Source: Lama guanicoe (Eukaryota). From it: DNA of 64,000 nucleotides. Positions within the stretch are counted from its first letter, which is position 1. Each line of letters starts with the position of its first letter. The stretch is taken from the NCBI GenBank assembly GCA_013239625.1, contig MU054391.1, positions 6,841,824 to 6,905,823 of the forward strand, in the 5' to 3' direction. Below the pieces are notes generated by a model. That model saw nothing but the letters and a program-made list of their open reading frames with translations. It did no database searches and had not been told where the DNA came from. Position numbers and translations under genes: made by a program. Positions 16,531 to 30,263 of this stretch are shown here, piece by piece.

Positions 16531-17853
16531 TAGAGACAGTGCCTCCATGCTGGGTCCCCTCCCCTTAGATGACTTCCTGAAAATCTCCCCCCCACTAGAT
16601 ACAGCTTTCTCTGAGTCTGTCCTGGCCACGTGGGTGGAATTTAGGCATCAGCTTCCCTCATATTAAGATAATCTGTTGAAATCAGAAAGAAAATGGTTCT
16701 GAGCTCTAAAAAGAAAGAAAATGAGGACTTAGTTAGCAATATTTCCCAAATTAGGAGGCTTAATGATTTGGCATTCAGACAGTCAGAAAGGAAATTGAGA
16801 ACAAGGAAACAGGCAAGGCAGTTCCTATCGGAACAGACAGAGCAGGTGTCATAAAGCCCTGGGGTTAAATGTTAGGTTTTTTCCTCTAGAACCAACCCGA
16901 ACAAGCCAACAACATATAGGAACAGCAGATGAAAGCTTGGGGGTGGTGAGAGAGAGACACTGCCTGAGTCAGCAGGATGTAATAGCTGACTGGGTGACAT
17001 GGAATCAGAGCAAAAGAGAAACAGATTTGGGGCCACTGGGCAGAGGGGCAAATAGTCCTCAGAACATCAGCAGTCCCATCCTCTGTGGACATTACTACAC
17101 GACAGTCACCAAAGTGCCCGAGTTATCAAAAAAAATTAGACAACCACGTTTGCCTCTCTTAGAAGGCAGTGAAGTGTATATAAGCTATTAGGGAAAAAAT
17201 TCTTTTATTTTTTTTAAATTCTACATGTTTGTTCAAAAGGTTAAGATTTTCCCCCAAGATAATCCCCAGTTTATTCCTCTTGTTCTCAAGGCTTTGTTCA
17301 AATGTCACTTTCTGAGCCTTGATTTAAACTGCAGCCCCTCTCACCCTTAGCTCCTTTTCTTACCAGAGTTTCCTTCACAGCAGTTATCACCTAACGTAAG
17401 ACATAACTTAGTGTTTGGTTATGAGCCTTTTCTCTTACCTCAAAAGAATGCAAACTCGACGAGGGTGGGGGTTTGTTTTGTCCCCTGCTGTGTTATGGGG
17501 AACCACGTGTCCGGCACCTGGTTCACATTCATTTTTCATTGAATGAAAGCATAAACGAATAGATTTAGCTACTTGGAAAACACATTTAAATTTTTAAAAG
17601 TCATTCTATGGAAATATTGGCTAAATGCAGAAAAACTATATGAGAGTTTCTAAATACAGGCACATTAATTCACTGGCAAATATTTATTGAGGTCATACTC
17701 TGTGCAGACATCATGCTTCGGGGGGTTGCTTGTTTTGTTCACATTCATAACTTTGAGTGCCCTAAAACACCAAGAATTCCACTTGCAGATTCACTGACAC
17801 GCTTGAAACAAACACGACACACAAGCCGCATTCTGGCTCCCCCGGTAGCCTAC

Positions 17854-17978
17854 CTTAGATTTTATCAGCTTTCTTGTGTAAAGGTTTGACAAGTCCAGTC
17901 CATGTCTCCTTCAGAAAATTCTTAGAAGTAGGAAGTGATGATATTGATTAGAAACGCTGGTGGTTCCCACAAATGAGT
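17854..17978 (-). pseudogene. Exon relic, 125 nt
   Basis: attgattctag acceptor, AAG|GTAGGC donor; frame ambiguous, with stops. Confidence 0.45.
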
Positions 17979-18544
17979 CTAGAATCAATATTTAACCACC
18001 GTTTGCTGTGATGTTGGAGGCAGAGATTGTATCCTGGAAAGTGCCCTGGACGTAGAGCCAGAAAACTCAAGTGCGAGCCCTGAATCCATCGTTTAAGAAC
18101 TGGATGATCTTGGCAAGTTACTTAACCACAAATACCTCACTCAGAGTTTTTTTTTGTGTGCAGGGCTTTGTAAACTCCAAAGTGCTATACAATTTTAAGA
18201 AATCATCATTATTTTGTCAAGAAGTAAAAAGTGCACCATATGTCACCAGAAATAGAGGTGACATCAGATCCTGCTGACTAACAACCCTTGAAATGCATGG
18301 ATATCAATCTCAATATCTTGGCCAACTTCACTATTATGTAATTTGTTGTGTGACCTTCACATTAGCGGCCTCATTTTCATCATGTACAAAAAAGGATTCT
18401 ACCCAATTCCTGCACGCTGGGATGCTTTCTCTGACTCTGATCACAACTGACAGGGACTGTCGGTCTGCAGCAGTGAATTGGGACGGCTTCCAATCAATCT
18501 TGCTGCCTAACCTGGCAGTTTCTAAGTGTGAAAGTGTAAACTTT

Positions 18545-19590
18545 CTTCATTCATTCACTCATTCATTCATTCCTTCAACAGATACTTGCTGAACATCAGT
18601 TATGTGGCTGAGAATTAGATGCTGGAGACAAGAAATGGAAGAAGACACAGTGCCAGCACCATCAATGATCCGAGCTGTGCTGGAGAACCAGTTTCATAAA
18701 CACAACATTGTTGTCCACACTCAGAGCCTGAGGAGACAGGAGCAAGGTGCAGGGACCACAGAGCGAGGCCTGACTTACTCTGGAAGAGACAGAGACAGCT
18801 TCATACAGAGATGTATTTCGGTGGTAGGGCCTCAGAGGACCAGTGGGAGGTAGCTAGGCAGAGGCTGGAGAAAGGCATGTCATTAAGAAAGGAAAGAATG
18901 TGGAAAGATTCAAGAATGTTTCACTTGGGCGATTTAATAAGCACTTATTGTGTGCTAAAGACTACAGGGGAAAAGGAAAGTATATTCAGAGACTAGAAAG
19001 CAGACAAGACAAAGCTGACGAGGGCTGGATTGTAAAGGGCTTGAATGCGCAGGACAGACTTACAGCATTGTTGAATACCAACAGGGAGATTACAGAACAT
19101 GATCCCTTCGTGTAAAACTATTTACTTTCATCATTCAAACATTCAACAGATATTAAATGCTAACCATAGTATATGAAACACTTGGCTGCAATAACAAATA
19201 GGACTGAATCCTTATCCAAGCAAAACACATCCATAAAGGGTGAATAAATGCAGTGATCACAGGAGTGCTGAACAGGAGGACTGAATCTAATCTGGGAGGA
19301 GGCATGGCCAAAGGAAGACTTCCCAGGGGAGGTGATAGTTTAAGCTGAACATCAAAGGGTGAATAGAAACTATCTAGGTGACTGGAATGGGAAGTGTTCC
19401 AAGCAGAAGCAGAAGCATGTGTGAAGGCCTGGAGACTCGAGGAAGGAGCTGGAAGACGCCGGTGTGCCTGCGGTAGAATCCACAGAAGGGATGTGGCCTG
19501 GGCTCTGTGCTGCAGAGTTTGGGCTTCATCTCAAGGGAGACTGCTGGTGGATTTTAAGCAGGCGAGTGACATGGTAAGATCTGTATTTTG
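18545..19590 (-). mobile_element. L2 LINE fragments
   Basis: (ttca)n tail followed by ggaagacttcccaggggaggtgat...gattttaagcagg L2 motifs. Confidence 0.65.
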
Positions 19591-19609
19591 GACATGTATG
19601 TCTACAGCA

Positions 19610-19664
19610 ATGTAATTGATACTTTCCATGTAATTGACATTTTCCATGTAATTGACATTTTCCA
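19610..19664. repeat. 18-bp tandem repeat x3 (ATGTAATTGACATTTTCC)
   Basis: Two identical units and one with 3 mismatches. Confidence 0.9.
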
Positions 19665-19791
19665 CTTCACCAGCTTGGGATACAAAAATGTTGCCAATTC
19701 TGAATATTCAAATCTTAATGGCCAGGAGCTCACACCCACCCAGATTAGAAGAAAGAGTCTATCTTTGTGATTCTCTTCTCCAAATATTTCT

Positions 19792-20180
19792 TCTTTTCAG
19801 TTGAGATAAAATTGACATATAACACTGTGTAGGTTTTAAGGTACAACGTATTGGGTTGATATACTTATTAACGTAATATGATTCCCACCCTAGAGTTAAC
19901 TAGCATCTCCATCACATCACATAATTATCATTTCTTTTTGTGATAAGAACATTTAAGATCTAGTTTGCTACTAACTTTCAAGTATATAATGCAGTGTAGT
20001 TAACAATAATCACCGTGCTGTGCGTTGGATCCCCAGAATTTATTCATCCTCTTAAGTCCAAGTTTTTACTTTGACCAACATCTCCCCAATTCTGCCTCCC
20101 CTCCCCCAGCCCCTGGTAACCACCATTCTACTCTCTGATTCTATGAGTTCAGCTTTTTTTAGATTCCACATATAAGTGAC
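19792..20180 (-). mobile_element. L1 3' end (L1MA9/10-like)
   Basis: Classic antisense L1MA 3' UTR; TSD ccaaatatttct. Confidence 0.85.
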
Positions 20181-21116
20181 CCAAATATTTCTCCAGACAT
20201 GTCCCTGTCTGTGAATCAGTCCTCACAGGACGTCCTTGCTGCCGTCTCCCAGAGAATATGAACTTGGCTGTGTCCTTTGAGGCTGCCTCCCTCTGTGATC
20301 GACCAGCCTCTGCCCACTGCCTCCAGGGTGGCCTCTCTGCAGTCACTAAAGCAGAGGGTCAGTGTCTTTCCAGAACAGTGACCACCTGGGCAGCCAGAGG
20401 GAATAACAGGGTCCCTTCTGCAGCCACATGTACATCTTCTGGACCCTACTTGCTGCGTCTGTGGTGGCCTTCATGGTGGCTGTTTCACCTCAGTGTCTTC
20501 TCAGACAAAAAGGGAGGACCCTCCAGCCCACGTCTCTTTCAGAAGAGGCCTCCTGCTGCAACGAGGCGACAGTTGTGACAGCCCTTGTGGATCTGCCCCT
20601 TCTATGCACATAAGCAGGAGACGGTTTATCAGAAGGTGTGACCAAGGACTGGTGGGGCTGTGTCAGGAGCAGCTCTGAGGTCAGCTACGTGTTTTGCCCA
20701 GAAACAGCATTCCTATCTGACCACAGGGCGGGGACACCATCCTCCTCCTGTCCAAAGGGTCATTCCTAATTTCTTTGACTGCTGTCCAGGGGGAACAGAT
20801 CTTCTGGAGGATGGAGGTCACCATACACCTCACTCATTCCCCATGCACGTTTTGGTGGGTTGGCTGCCTGCAGGTCAGGGCAGCTCACTCCCACTACAGG
20901 GACCATTTTGAGCCTCCCAAGGCAGGTCCTGCACTTGTCACCTCCTCCGTGAGCCCTAAGAGCAGCCTTATTTCCTGCCCAGGGTTATCCACTTTTCAGA
21001 ATGAGTGACAGTGGAAACATCCATTTCTTTCAGGGATGCGGTGATTCCCTCATAACCTTAACAGAGGCTGATGTCAGCATATTTGTGAGCTATGTTAAAA
21101 GGGTATATATGCTCAC

Positions 21117-21238
21117 AGAAGTTTCTGGAGGGCTGTTTCCTCAAATTCTAACAACAGTATCTCTGGATTTTAGTGATTTTTACCATCTTCATTTTACTTT
21201 AGTATCATATTTGAATTTTTTTTCATGGAGACTACATC
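21117..21238 (-). pseudogene. Exon relic, 122 nt, phase 0-2
   Basis: ttcttttcccgaaaatag acceptor, TCT|GTGAGC donor; DVVSMKKNSNMILK*NEDGKNH*NPEILLLEFEETALQKL. Confidence 0.55.
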
Positions 21239-22510
21239 CTATTTTCGGGAAAAGAATTTAGGCTTTGGAATCAGAGAGCCTTGGCCTATTAGATAGCCCT
21301 TGGCAAATCAGATCATCAGTTTCCTCATCTATAAAATGTGAAAAGTAATATTTCAGAAGATTGTTGACAAAAATTCGGTACTATTTCTATTTTTCTAGTA
21401 TTTTCATTACTTATGTAGACAATTTTACATGAATATATAGACACGATTTTCCTGGAGCTCTTTTCTTCCTTTTCATTTGTTTTGACTCCTCCCTCCGCCT
21501 CCAGCCTGCTCTACTCAAATCATACACAGCTCTTTGCCAAACCCAGGCCAACAGCACATCACACATAATCATGGTGACAACTCAGAAATCACCTTCCATA
21601 ATTTTCTCTGTGGTAATACAGTAACTAAAGCATATAGACATATATGCTTAGGCAAATATACACAACCACATAAAAGGTGTTTCGGTCATTTGTAAAGAGA
21701 GATCGCATTACACACAATTTTATGCACCCTACTTTTCTCACTCAAAAATACGTTCTGAAACCCATCCTAGGCATCTGGTGAAGTTCTGATTTTAATAGTT
21801 GCATAATTTTTCATGCTTTGGAAATAGCACACTTTGTTCATCTGTTCCCATGTTTATTGGTATTCACATTGTTTCAGCTGCAGCACATACACACATATAC
21901 ACACACACCCCGCTCTGTTGCAAAAATGATTTTATTACTTTGCAATTGACTTTGAAGAATAGGATTTCTGGTGAAAAAGATATAGCGTAGCCAGTCAACA
22001 ATATTCCTAATGTACGCTAAGGACCTGTTACATAGTAATTGCTCAATAAAGTGATACCTGCTATTATTCTCATTATTAGCTTCTTCAGAAGTTTTATTTT
22101 GGAAAAGTTTAGTCCTTTATTAGATCCCCATTTAGATAAACTACGTTTAGTTTACACAGGTTATCTGTAATAAGCAAACTAACAACTGGCTTCTCTTTGT
22201 TTACACAAAGGCAAAAGGAAATGGGACCTCACTGGAAAACTAAAATAGACATGAAAGTTGACCTCTTCATTTCCTCGTTGCCATTTCAAATCCATTTCCT
22301 CAGTGAGGCAGAAACTCAGAAGCCAAGGGCTTTGCTCCCATAACTGGAGATTCTTGTTTTGTATTTTTTTAATTGTCATCAGCTTATTGTATATCTGATT
22401 TGAAAAACAAAAAGAGGGCTCATTAAAGCTTTTTGCCTGTTGTGGATAAGGAACCCATTTGTAGCCTGTCAATGAGATTAATGAATAAATTCCTGTGTCT
22501 GCAGCCTCAC

Positions 22511-22723
22511 CCCTGCCCTCCCTTGGCAGAAGCTCGCAGGGGAAAACTAGGCAACATCCACTTTGGAGGTTCTTGCTATTTCTGCCGCTCTCCACGGCAA
22601 TTGAGACAGCACCTTGTGAAAAGAGGGCGGTTGTGCAAAATGCAGACTTGCTGGATTCCGGACATGCGCGCTCCTAAGCCATTTGACCAAAACGTCAACG
22701 CGTGACAAATTTCAAACTCCAGA
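22511..22723 (-). pseudogene. Exon relic, 213 nt, phase 0-0
   Basis: attccatttcag acceptor, GGG|GTGAGG donor; SGV*NLSRVDVLVKWLRSAHVRNPASLHFAQPPSFHKVLSQLPWRAAEIARTSKVDVA*FSPASFCQGRAG. Confidence 0.6.
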
Positions 22724-23110
22724 CTGAAATGGAATCTTGCAGGTTGGCCTGGAGCCAGGGGCTGGGCCCTGGACACAGCCTGAGCCCAGAATGTGAGAGA
22801 GATCCCGGGAGGGAAAAGGCACTCTCACAGCTTTAACGAAACAGGAAATGGGTCCCTCGGTCTGTCTACGGCTTTGTTCTTTTTTTGTCTGGACACCAGG
22901 GAACCGAGGGAAGCTGGGGAGGCCTGTGTGGGCATCCCTGGGACTCTAAGCCATCAAACTGGTCTGAGCCTCCGTGTCCCAAGTCCACACCCACAAAAAC
23001 GAGCTTCAGGCTCATGGTCTGTCTCTGCCATCTCCCTGCTCCCACCGCCCTCTCATCCCCTAGCTTGGCTAATTTCAATGAGTGACTGATTCTGATTTCC
23101 TGGCTTTTTT

Positions 23111-23265
23111 CTAAGTGTATTTTATTTTATTTATTTATTTATTGGTGGGGGGAGGTAATTAGGTTTATTTAGTATTTATTTATTCTTAGAGGAAGTAGTA
23201 GGGATTGAACCCAAGACATCACACATGCTAAGCATTTGCTCTACCCCTTGAGCTATACCCTCCCC
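23111..23265 (-). mobile_element. Camelid-type tRNA-derived SINE
   Basis: gggattgaaccc...ttgagctataccctcccc; flanked by near-identical repeats ending ctggcttttt. Confidence 0.9.
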
Positions 23266-24692
23266 GTGACTTTCTGGCTTTTGAAAACAGTTTTGGCTTC
23301 AGGATAACCCTTTGGAAAGGATTCTGCCCTTCTGCTTCGACCCCTTGTTACACGCTAACTCAGCTTTTGTTTACATGCTATCCACTTTCCCACTGTGATC
23401 CAGCTCCAGTCCTAAAGCTCTGTGTGTCTCCTCTCAGGCCCGGGCTGTCCCCTTGGAGGGGGGACTGGGTGTGTTAAAGCAATGGGGTCACAGAACCCAA
23501 TTCAGAACTGGAAGGAGGAAAAACTGATTCACACTTAAATGCTTTCCTAGCTTGTTCTACATCCATTACACCTTGGTCTTTAGAAGGCTCTAAGACCTGG
23601 TCCTTATTTACAGAGCACCTACTGTGTGCAAGGCCAGGCCTGAAATCAATGCTGTTTGGGAACAAGAAGGGTGAGACTGTGAAGCATGAGGCTGAGTCCC
23701 TTTCTTCAAGATGCTCACAGTCTGGACTGAAAGACTCATGTGCTGAGCAGAGAAATGTCTTCAGTTCTGAGTTTGCTGAGTTCCCAGCCAAATACAGAGG
23801 GATGAGCTAGCGGTGTGAGAGTTCAGAGGATGGGACATACCTGGGGGCTGGGGTGGCAAGGACTAGGGCCAGGGCCCACCCTTGCCAGGTGGAGAAAGGA
23901 AGGGAGCCAGCAGTTAAAAAGCGCCTACTATGTATCCACATTAGTGTAAGAGCTTTGGTGGTAATTTCCGGTAATTCCCAGGATTGAGGTTGGAGGAGAA
24001 GAGGGAAGAGGGCCTTTCCAGCAAGGAAATGGTGCAGTTAACATGAATGCACATGAATGACGTTAATGACAGCATGATCTGAGCTGAGCTCTGGCTGAAC
24101 CTATGCAAGTTGGATGTTTGTCTAGACAAACCATGATTCTCTGCCAGGGCAGAAGCAGCCACGATCTGCATATATTCAACAGGTAAGGAGCAAGTTTAAG
24201 TGGCTATTCCTCAGTCATGATGAATTCTTTGAGCACCTGCAAGGCTTTAGGGACTGTGTAAACTATGAGATGGGCAGGGATGATTGTGGACCCAGTGGAT
24301 GTTTAAGTTTTTAATACCTGTGTTTATTCTGATATAACAGGTGTTTTCTTGAATGCTTCCAAAGCACTAGAACAGCAGTAGTGAACAAAATAGAGTTCTG
24401 GTTCCTGTGTGTACAGTCCAGCTGGAAACATAGACATTAAAAAAGGCAACACACAAAGATGTATGTAATTGCAAAGGCGTTATGTAACATATCCAGGTGC
24501 CATGGGAGAGAAGGAACATGGAAGGTATCTCTGAAGATCTGAGAAGAAACCCAAGCAATGAGAGGATACGGATCCAGATGGGCGGCACATGCCCTTGGCT
24601 AGCCCTGTCGCCCATGTGAACTCACAAAACGGAGATAACAATGATGCGTCAGCCCAGGTTGTCATGGAGGCTATTTAATGTCTATAAGTCAC

Positions 24693-25050
24693 CTGGCCCG
24701 GTGCCTGGTGCATATTGAAGGCACTGAACAACTGTTTACTGGATCCGTCCAAAGGTCCCTCCCAGCCCGAGCATTCCAGGGTTCCGAGTTTCTCTCTGAC
24801 TTTGACCCCAGGGAACCCCACCCCTGTGTCGAGGCCTGATGTGGCCTCTCTGGCTTCCTGCACAAGCAGGGAAGAGCTGGGAGCAGGACCCTTCGGGGAC
24901 CCATGACCGTGACTTCCCGGTGATGCTCGTTGATGCCTGAAGTCAGCTTCCTCAGTGGGCAGAGGGAACACGCTCTGCTGCTCTCTGGGAAGAAAAGTGC
25001 CGGCTCTTTCCCACTTGGCCATACTGATGACAGTAACCACAGTCCTGAAC
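24693..25050 (-). pseudogene. Exon relic, 358 nt, phase 2-0, fully open
   Basis: ctgctgtctcag acceptor, CAG|GTGACT donor; 119 open codons FRTVVTVISMAKWERAGTFLP...KQLFSAFNMHQAPGQ. Caveat: its last ~50 nt also resemble an L2 tail. Confidence 0.45.
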
Positions 25051-28000
25051 CTGAGACAGCAGACATCTGGAGGTCCTTAAATAGAGCCAGTCTTCCCTTT
25101 ACAGTTTCAAGGTACACATGCATTATCATATAGCAGCTGACCATCACGTGTAACTTTACGAGCCCAACAGGCAGATACAAAACCATGCTATTCTGCAGAT
25201 GAAATTGAGACTCGAGAGGGAAAGTGACTTGCTGAGGGCCCAGACCTGGGACTCCTGCGGCCCGTCCCATTATTTCCCCTCCGTGGCACCCTGTGTTGTC
25301 TGCCCAGGGGGAGGACGGGGCGGAGCGGTGCGTGCTTGTACTCTGCTCCCTTCCACTTTCGCAAGCGCAGACACCTGTTGCGTGTTGTCCTGTGCTGAGC
25401 CCCATGGAGGCAGCGGCCTCTTAGACGGCGGGGTTTTAAGGCTTGGGATGGCGGAGACATCACCGAGGAGTGAGGGGATTTCCAAGCACCGCTGGTCGTG
25501 GATGAAGCTGTCCCTTCAGGTTTTCCTGCTCTCAGCCTCGGGGCATTTCTTACTCACCTCCTCCATTCCTGGCTGGATGCGGAGCATCTGTAACCCCCAG
25601 GAAGGATGCTCCCTAAAATGTCTAGCCTCTCACCTGGGAGACTGTCTCAGGGTCCCCACCACTGGATCTGGTGGGTGGGTCCCAGCACCAGTCCCTCTAA
25701 CGGCTTCTGTAAGCTCCCTGTCCGACTTTCAAGCCAAGCGTCCTGGGGCCTTTCAAGTGCTGTTCTCTGTTTGGAATGCTCTTCCTCCTCCGGCCAGTCC
25801 TACTCCAACTTGACCTTCTGATCCCAGCTGGGCTATCCCCTCCCCAGCACCTTTCCCTCACCTCTGAGTACTGACTCCTCGTGCCCCAGCATTTTATAAT
25901 CAGCTCTGCTTTGTCTAAATGCCCACTGGACTATGTCTCATTCTCCATTGCATCTGCAGCCCCTTGCCCAGTGCTTGGCACATAGCGGGTCCTCATAGCA
26001 CTTGACGAATGAATGACAGTCACCCAAACGTCCACACCCTCAGCCACATTTGCAGAACTCCGCAGCCCTCCCTGGCCCTTGCACCGGGGGTCTGCCTGCT
26101 GAATCAGAACCAGAGCCTGGGCAGCTCTCACCTCTGACCCTTCCCTGGAAAGTCTTCTGTCCACAGGACTTCTGTCCTCCCCTTAATGCACTTGACGCTT
26201 CGACTGAAGTAAGCTGTGTGTTTCCAGGTTTCTCCTGCTTGCTTCCTGTCTGTTTCTCACTCTGCTAATCAACACCATGATGCGTGAAGGGGCGTTCAGA
26301 AGCACGCTCTGTGGTACGTCCATCCCATCAGTATGTCAAGATAGGGTCAGGATGGCAGTGGGGGTTCCCAGCTGCTGATAGGTTAGCCCAGGAGGGTTTG
26401 CTGATGACCACCTGCATCCCTTCCTGTCCTTCGGGGATTACAAAGATGAATAATTCAGTCCTTGCCCTCCAACAGCTTAGCTTGAGGGTCTGGGAGTGGA
26501 AGACAGAACTAACAAAGGGCAATTCAGGAATGAAACCAGTCATGGTATGTGCTATGTGTTAAGCATCTACTATGTGTGGGGCAGTTACTAGTCACTGCAC
26601 TTGATTTCTAGAAAGACCTTGTAATTTATGAATTAGTACTACCTGATAGGCTACAGAATTGAAATAAGTGAGCGAGCTGCCTTATGTATCTGAGAGTAGA
26701 AGCCACTGTGACCAGGATTTGAAACCAGACCTTACCAAGGAGTAACCACAACTTAGTCCTTACCCAGAGGCCGCTTTGGGGGCCTAATGTTAAGAGTGCC
26801 TGAGTGCTTTTCTCCCTGTCCTGACTGTCCTGAGTCCTCCTCTGCCCTAGGACCCTCAAAGAGCAGAGCCCGTGGGACAGGGCTCTCCTCACGTCACTCA
26901 GCCGTCCAGGCTGCTGAGAACACCTGTGTCTAATTTAGTCCATGACTCAGAAGTCCCGATCCCGAAATAGGCAACACAGGCCCACACGAGCTGTATGTTC
27001 CCTTCTTCAACGTCTTCACAATAAACCCAAACTTGCAACCCTGTTTTCTGTGACTGAAAAGAAACGGTGTGGGAACAGCTGTTCCCAACCTGAACCTTGT
27101 ACCCAAATTATGTCAGCAGGCACAAATCAGGAGCTGAGTATTGAGAAACAAGTTGGAAAAATGTAACTCAGTAAGACAGTAGATGGTGGGGCTGTGTGTA
27201 TGCGTGTGTGTGTATTTTGTTTGTCCGTATAGGGAAAAAAATTTATCTGCAGAGGTTTCACCTTTATTTTCTCAAAGCAAAAGAGATCATCACATGGAGA
27301 TGCCGGTCCATCCGGAGGGCTTGCCAGTCGCCCAGCCGAGGGTGGGGCCCTGGAGAAACCTTTCTTTTCCTTTTTACAGCTTGGTGTCCCCAGTGCACAC
27401 ATCAGGAGCTGTAGAACCGAAAAGGTTCTATTTTCCCCATTGAGTAAATAAGTCTCCAGTTAGAAGCAGGACTTTATTCTTGATGTACTTGAATGGAGAC
27501 TCTGTTTGAAAATGGTTTTGTTTAAAACTATTAACAGCCATTCCCCTCCCACTTCTCCCCCCTCCACCCCCAGATCTTTGGGCCATCAGAGATCTGGGGG
27601 GTCGACTCAGAATGACAGACTAGGGCAACAGTCCCCCGGCTTCAAGGAGAGAAAACATGACATGGGGGGAAGCAAACTGGCCTGGGCCCTGAGGGCTGGG
27701 CCTCTTGCTGTCAGGGCTCCCCCTGTGAGCTGGGAAGTCAGTCTCCTCTTCCGGGCTGGCTGGTGGCCCCATCTCCTCCTGCAGGGCCTGTCTCTCTCAT
27801 GAAGTGTTTCCTGTAGCAGACACAGCACAGCGCTCACAGAGGTCTCTCTGTGGCATTTCTGGAATGTCCTTCTTCCCCAGGGCTGCTGTTCTTTTTTCTT
27901 AGCGTGAAGGCAGGGAAATAAAGAGGCCTATTTATACTGTTCTGGGCTTCCGCGGAGCACATCTCATTGCTGAGCACTGAAGACGACCTGGGCGCTGCCT

Positions 28001-28296
28001 GGCGCCTCTCCGAGGGAGTGGATGCGGAGATGGCACCGCCTGCACTTGGCTGGGGCGGGGCAGGTGCTGCCTGCCAGCATGGGGGCGCATGCACCAAGCT
28101 GCGGGCTCCCTGCTCCGCGCCCCCGCACGCAGGGCCCTGAGACGCTCATAGCTGGCTCTGTGGAGTCAGTGCCAGGCTGCCCGTGGCAACTTCCCTAAGG
28201 AGAATGTCACCAGCCTCCACCCAGCCCCTTAGACTTGAGCAAGTCCTTGAGTATGCAACCCATTTTCTCACAAAAACTCAGAGAGGAGGGTGTTAC

Positions 28297-28877
28297 GAAG
28301 CATATTTTAAACCAGAGCAGCCATAACTCCAACGTGTCCGTTTTGTCTAAAGTAGCAGACTGTTCTGGACAAGCTTTAGCGTGTCATCCTCAGCGCCAAC
28401 CCCCTTTGCTTTGAGAACTAACCCCGTTCATGCGGGGTGACCCCCGCCCTCACACAAGGTTTGGTTAATTGGACTAGAGACGGACAAGGACCCAAGCAGG
28501 GCCAGTCAGAGCTTCTCTTTCCAGGATTTGACTCTTGACTGGGAAATGCTGCTCGGCTTTTGCTGGGCCCTTGAGTGGGAGACCGGCCACACCAGGCCTG
28601 GGGCTGCCATGCTGGTGGTGTGCCAAGACGAGCCGAGGGAGCTTGACCACAGAGCCCACGATGGAACTGTCCTGTGGTGACCCCAGCACCTGGGAGACCG
28701 TTCCGACAGCTCCCCTGTTCCTGGTTCCAGTCACTCTTGAGACCCTTTGGTTCCCTGAAAGATCCTTCTATTTTCCTGTAACAGGATGTTCTGTGAAGGC
28801 TTAAATTTATGTAACACAATGACCTGTTAGAATTTTTAACAAAAATTTTTTTAGTGGAAAAATCTGCCAGCTGCTAT
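28297..28877 (-). pseudogene. Larger exon relic (3' boundary uncertain)
   Basis: Strong ctttggtctttgtctttccag acceptor; contains the 133-codon ORF 28418-28819 after a frameshift. Confidence 0.45.
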
Positions 28878-29551
28878 CTGGAAAGACAAAGACCAAAGGT
28901 CAGTGTGGGGCGGGTCCTGAGCGGCCTGGCTTGTACAGCGAACAGCAGGCAGGCTCTGACCTGGCAGAGCCAGCCTGGCCAGGTGGTCTACAGAGCGCTG
29001 CCAAAGGCGGGGCCCGTTCCAAGTGTGACCCGGGAACCTTCGGCGGGGGGCAGGGCCCCTTCTTCCCAATATTCAGAGACAGGGAGGGTTCCTGTTCAAT
29101 AGCTAATCTAGAATGTCTTAGCCAAAACCAGTGGCAGAGAAGGACAGCAACAGGTCCTCTGGCTGCCCCCACCCAGGTTGATGTCTGCCCCCAGACTCCC
29201 CTGGTAGATGCTCAGTAACATTTATTGAATGCACGATTGTTGCCCAAGTTTATTAGAAAAAGGACATTTAAGGAAATGAGAAAATTTAGTCTGGTATGGA
29301 ACCAGGACCTGTTGGAAGCCACACTCACTCTCTGATTATGAGGCTCCCAGCCACCAGCTTCCCTGGAGAACTGTACGTTCCCCTCCTCTGCTGCTGGGCT
29401 ACAGACGCTGATGCCCCGTCCCACCGCGCTCAGTGTACGAAGCCACCCGGAAGAGGCTTGTGCAGGCCTGGGCGTCATCTCAGGGGTGGGGTGTTTGATG
29501 TGTCATGTGTGGAAATGCTCCCCACCCCCATCACTTTTATTATTAGTTTGC

Positions 29552-29753
29552 CTATGAAGCAGGCAGAATCCATCTGAGATTAGCACTCGGCCGGAGTTTC
29601 TGGGTCGAACAATAAAGCACAAATATTTCCCATTCCAGGACTCTCTGAACTCTCTGTCATATTTCTATGGCTGTCACTCTCCTGTTCACAAAAATAGACC
29701 CAGGCTAAACTAAGCTTCTCTTCCTCCCTTTGCTTTTTCAAGCCTTGCGGTGT
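29552..29753 (-). pseudogene. Exon relic, 202 nt, phase 0-1
   Basis: ggttatttcag acceptor; donor reads G|GCAAAC (non-GT, possibly decayed); TPQGLKKQREEEKLSLAWVYFCEQESDSH...PAEC*SQMDSACFI. Confidence 0.55.
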
Positions 29754-29908
29754 CTGAAATAACCTTGCTTGTTGTAGCAGCAGGTGGTGACGCTGGAACT
29801 TTCTCCTCGGTGCAGGGGAAGGAGAGTCCGGGGTGGGCCTGTGGCCCCAGGCTGGCTCCTCTTCCTTAAAAGGGGAGTGAGAACAGGTTTTAGCGCCAGA
29901 CTGAGCCT

Positions 29909-30263
29909 CTGTGTTTTAGTTCACTTGCGCTGCTGTAACAAAAACGTCACAGGCCAAGAGGCTTGAGCAGCAAACACTTGTTTGTTATGGTTCTGGAAGC
30001 TGAGAAGCCCAAGATCAAGGCGCTGGCACAATTGGTGTGTGGAAAGAGCCACTTCCTTAGAAGGCTGTCTTCTCGCTGTGCCCTTACGTGGCAGAAGGGT
30101 GACAGTGCTCTCTGGGGTCTCTTTTATAAGGGCACCAACCCCATTCCTAAGGGCTCATGACCTAATCACCCTCCAAAGACCACCCCCACCTCCAAATCCC
30201 ATCACCCTGGGAGTTGGGTTTTCAACATGTGAGATTTGGGGGACACACACATTCAGTCTGTAG
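29909..30263 (-). mobile_element. MaLR solo LTR (MLT1A-like)
   Basis: ggttctggaagctgagaagcccaagatcaagg...tttataagggcacc...catgacctaatcacc. Confidence 0.85.

Noticed and set aside
24689..25813. 238-aa and 204-aa ORFs as intact genes
   Set aside because: They run through a MIR-like segment (~25190-25240) and lack recognisable domains; only sub-segments fit the exon chain.
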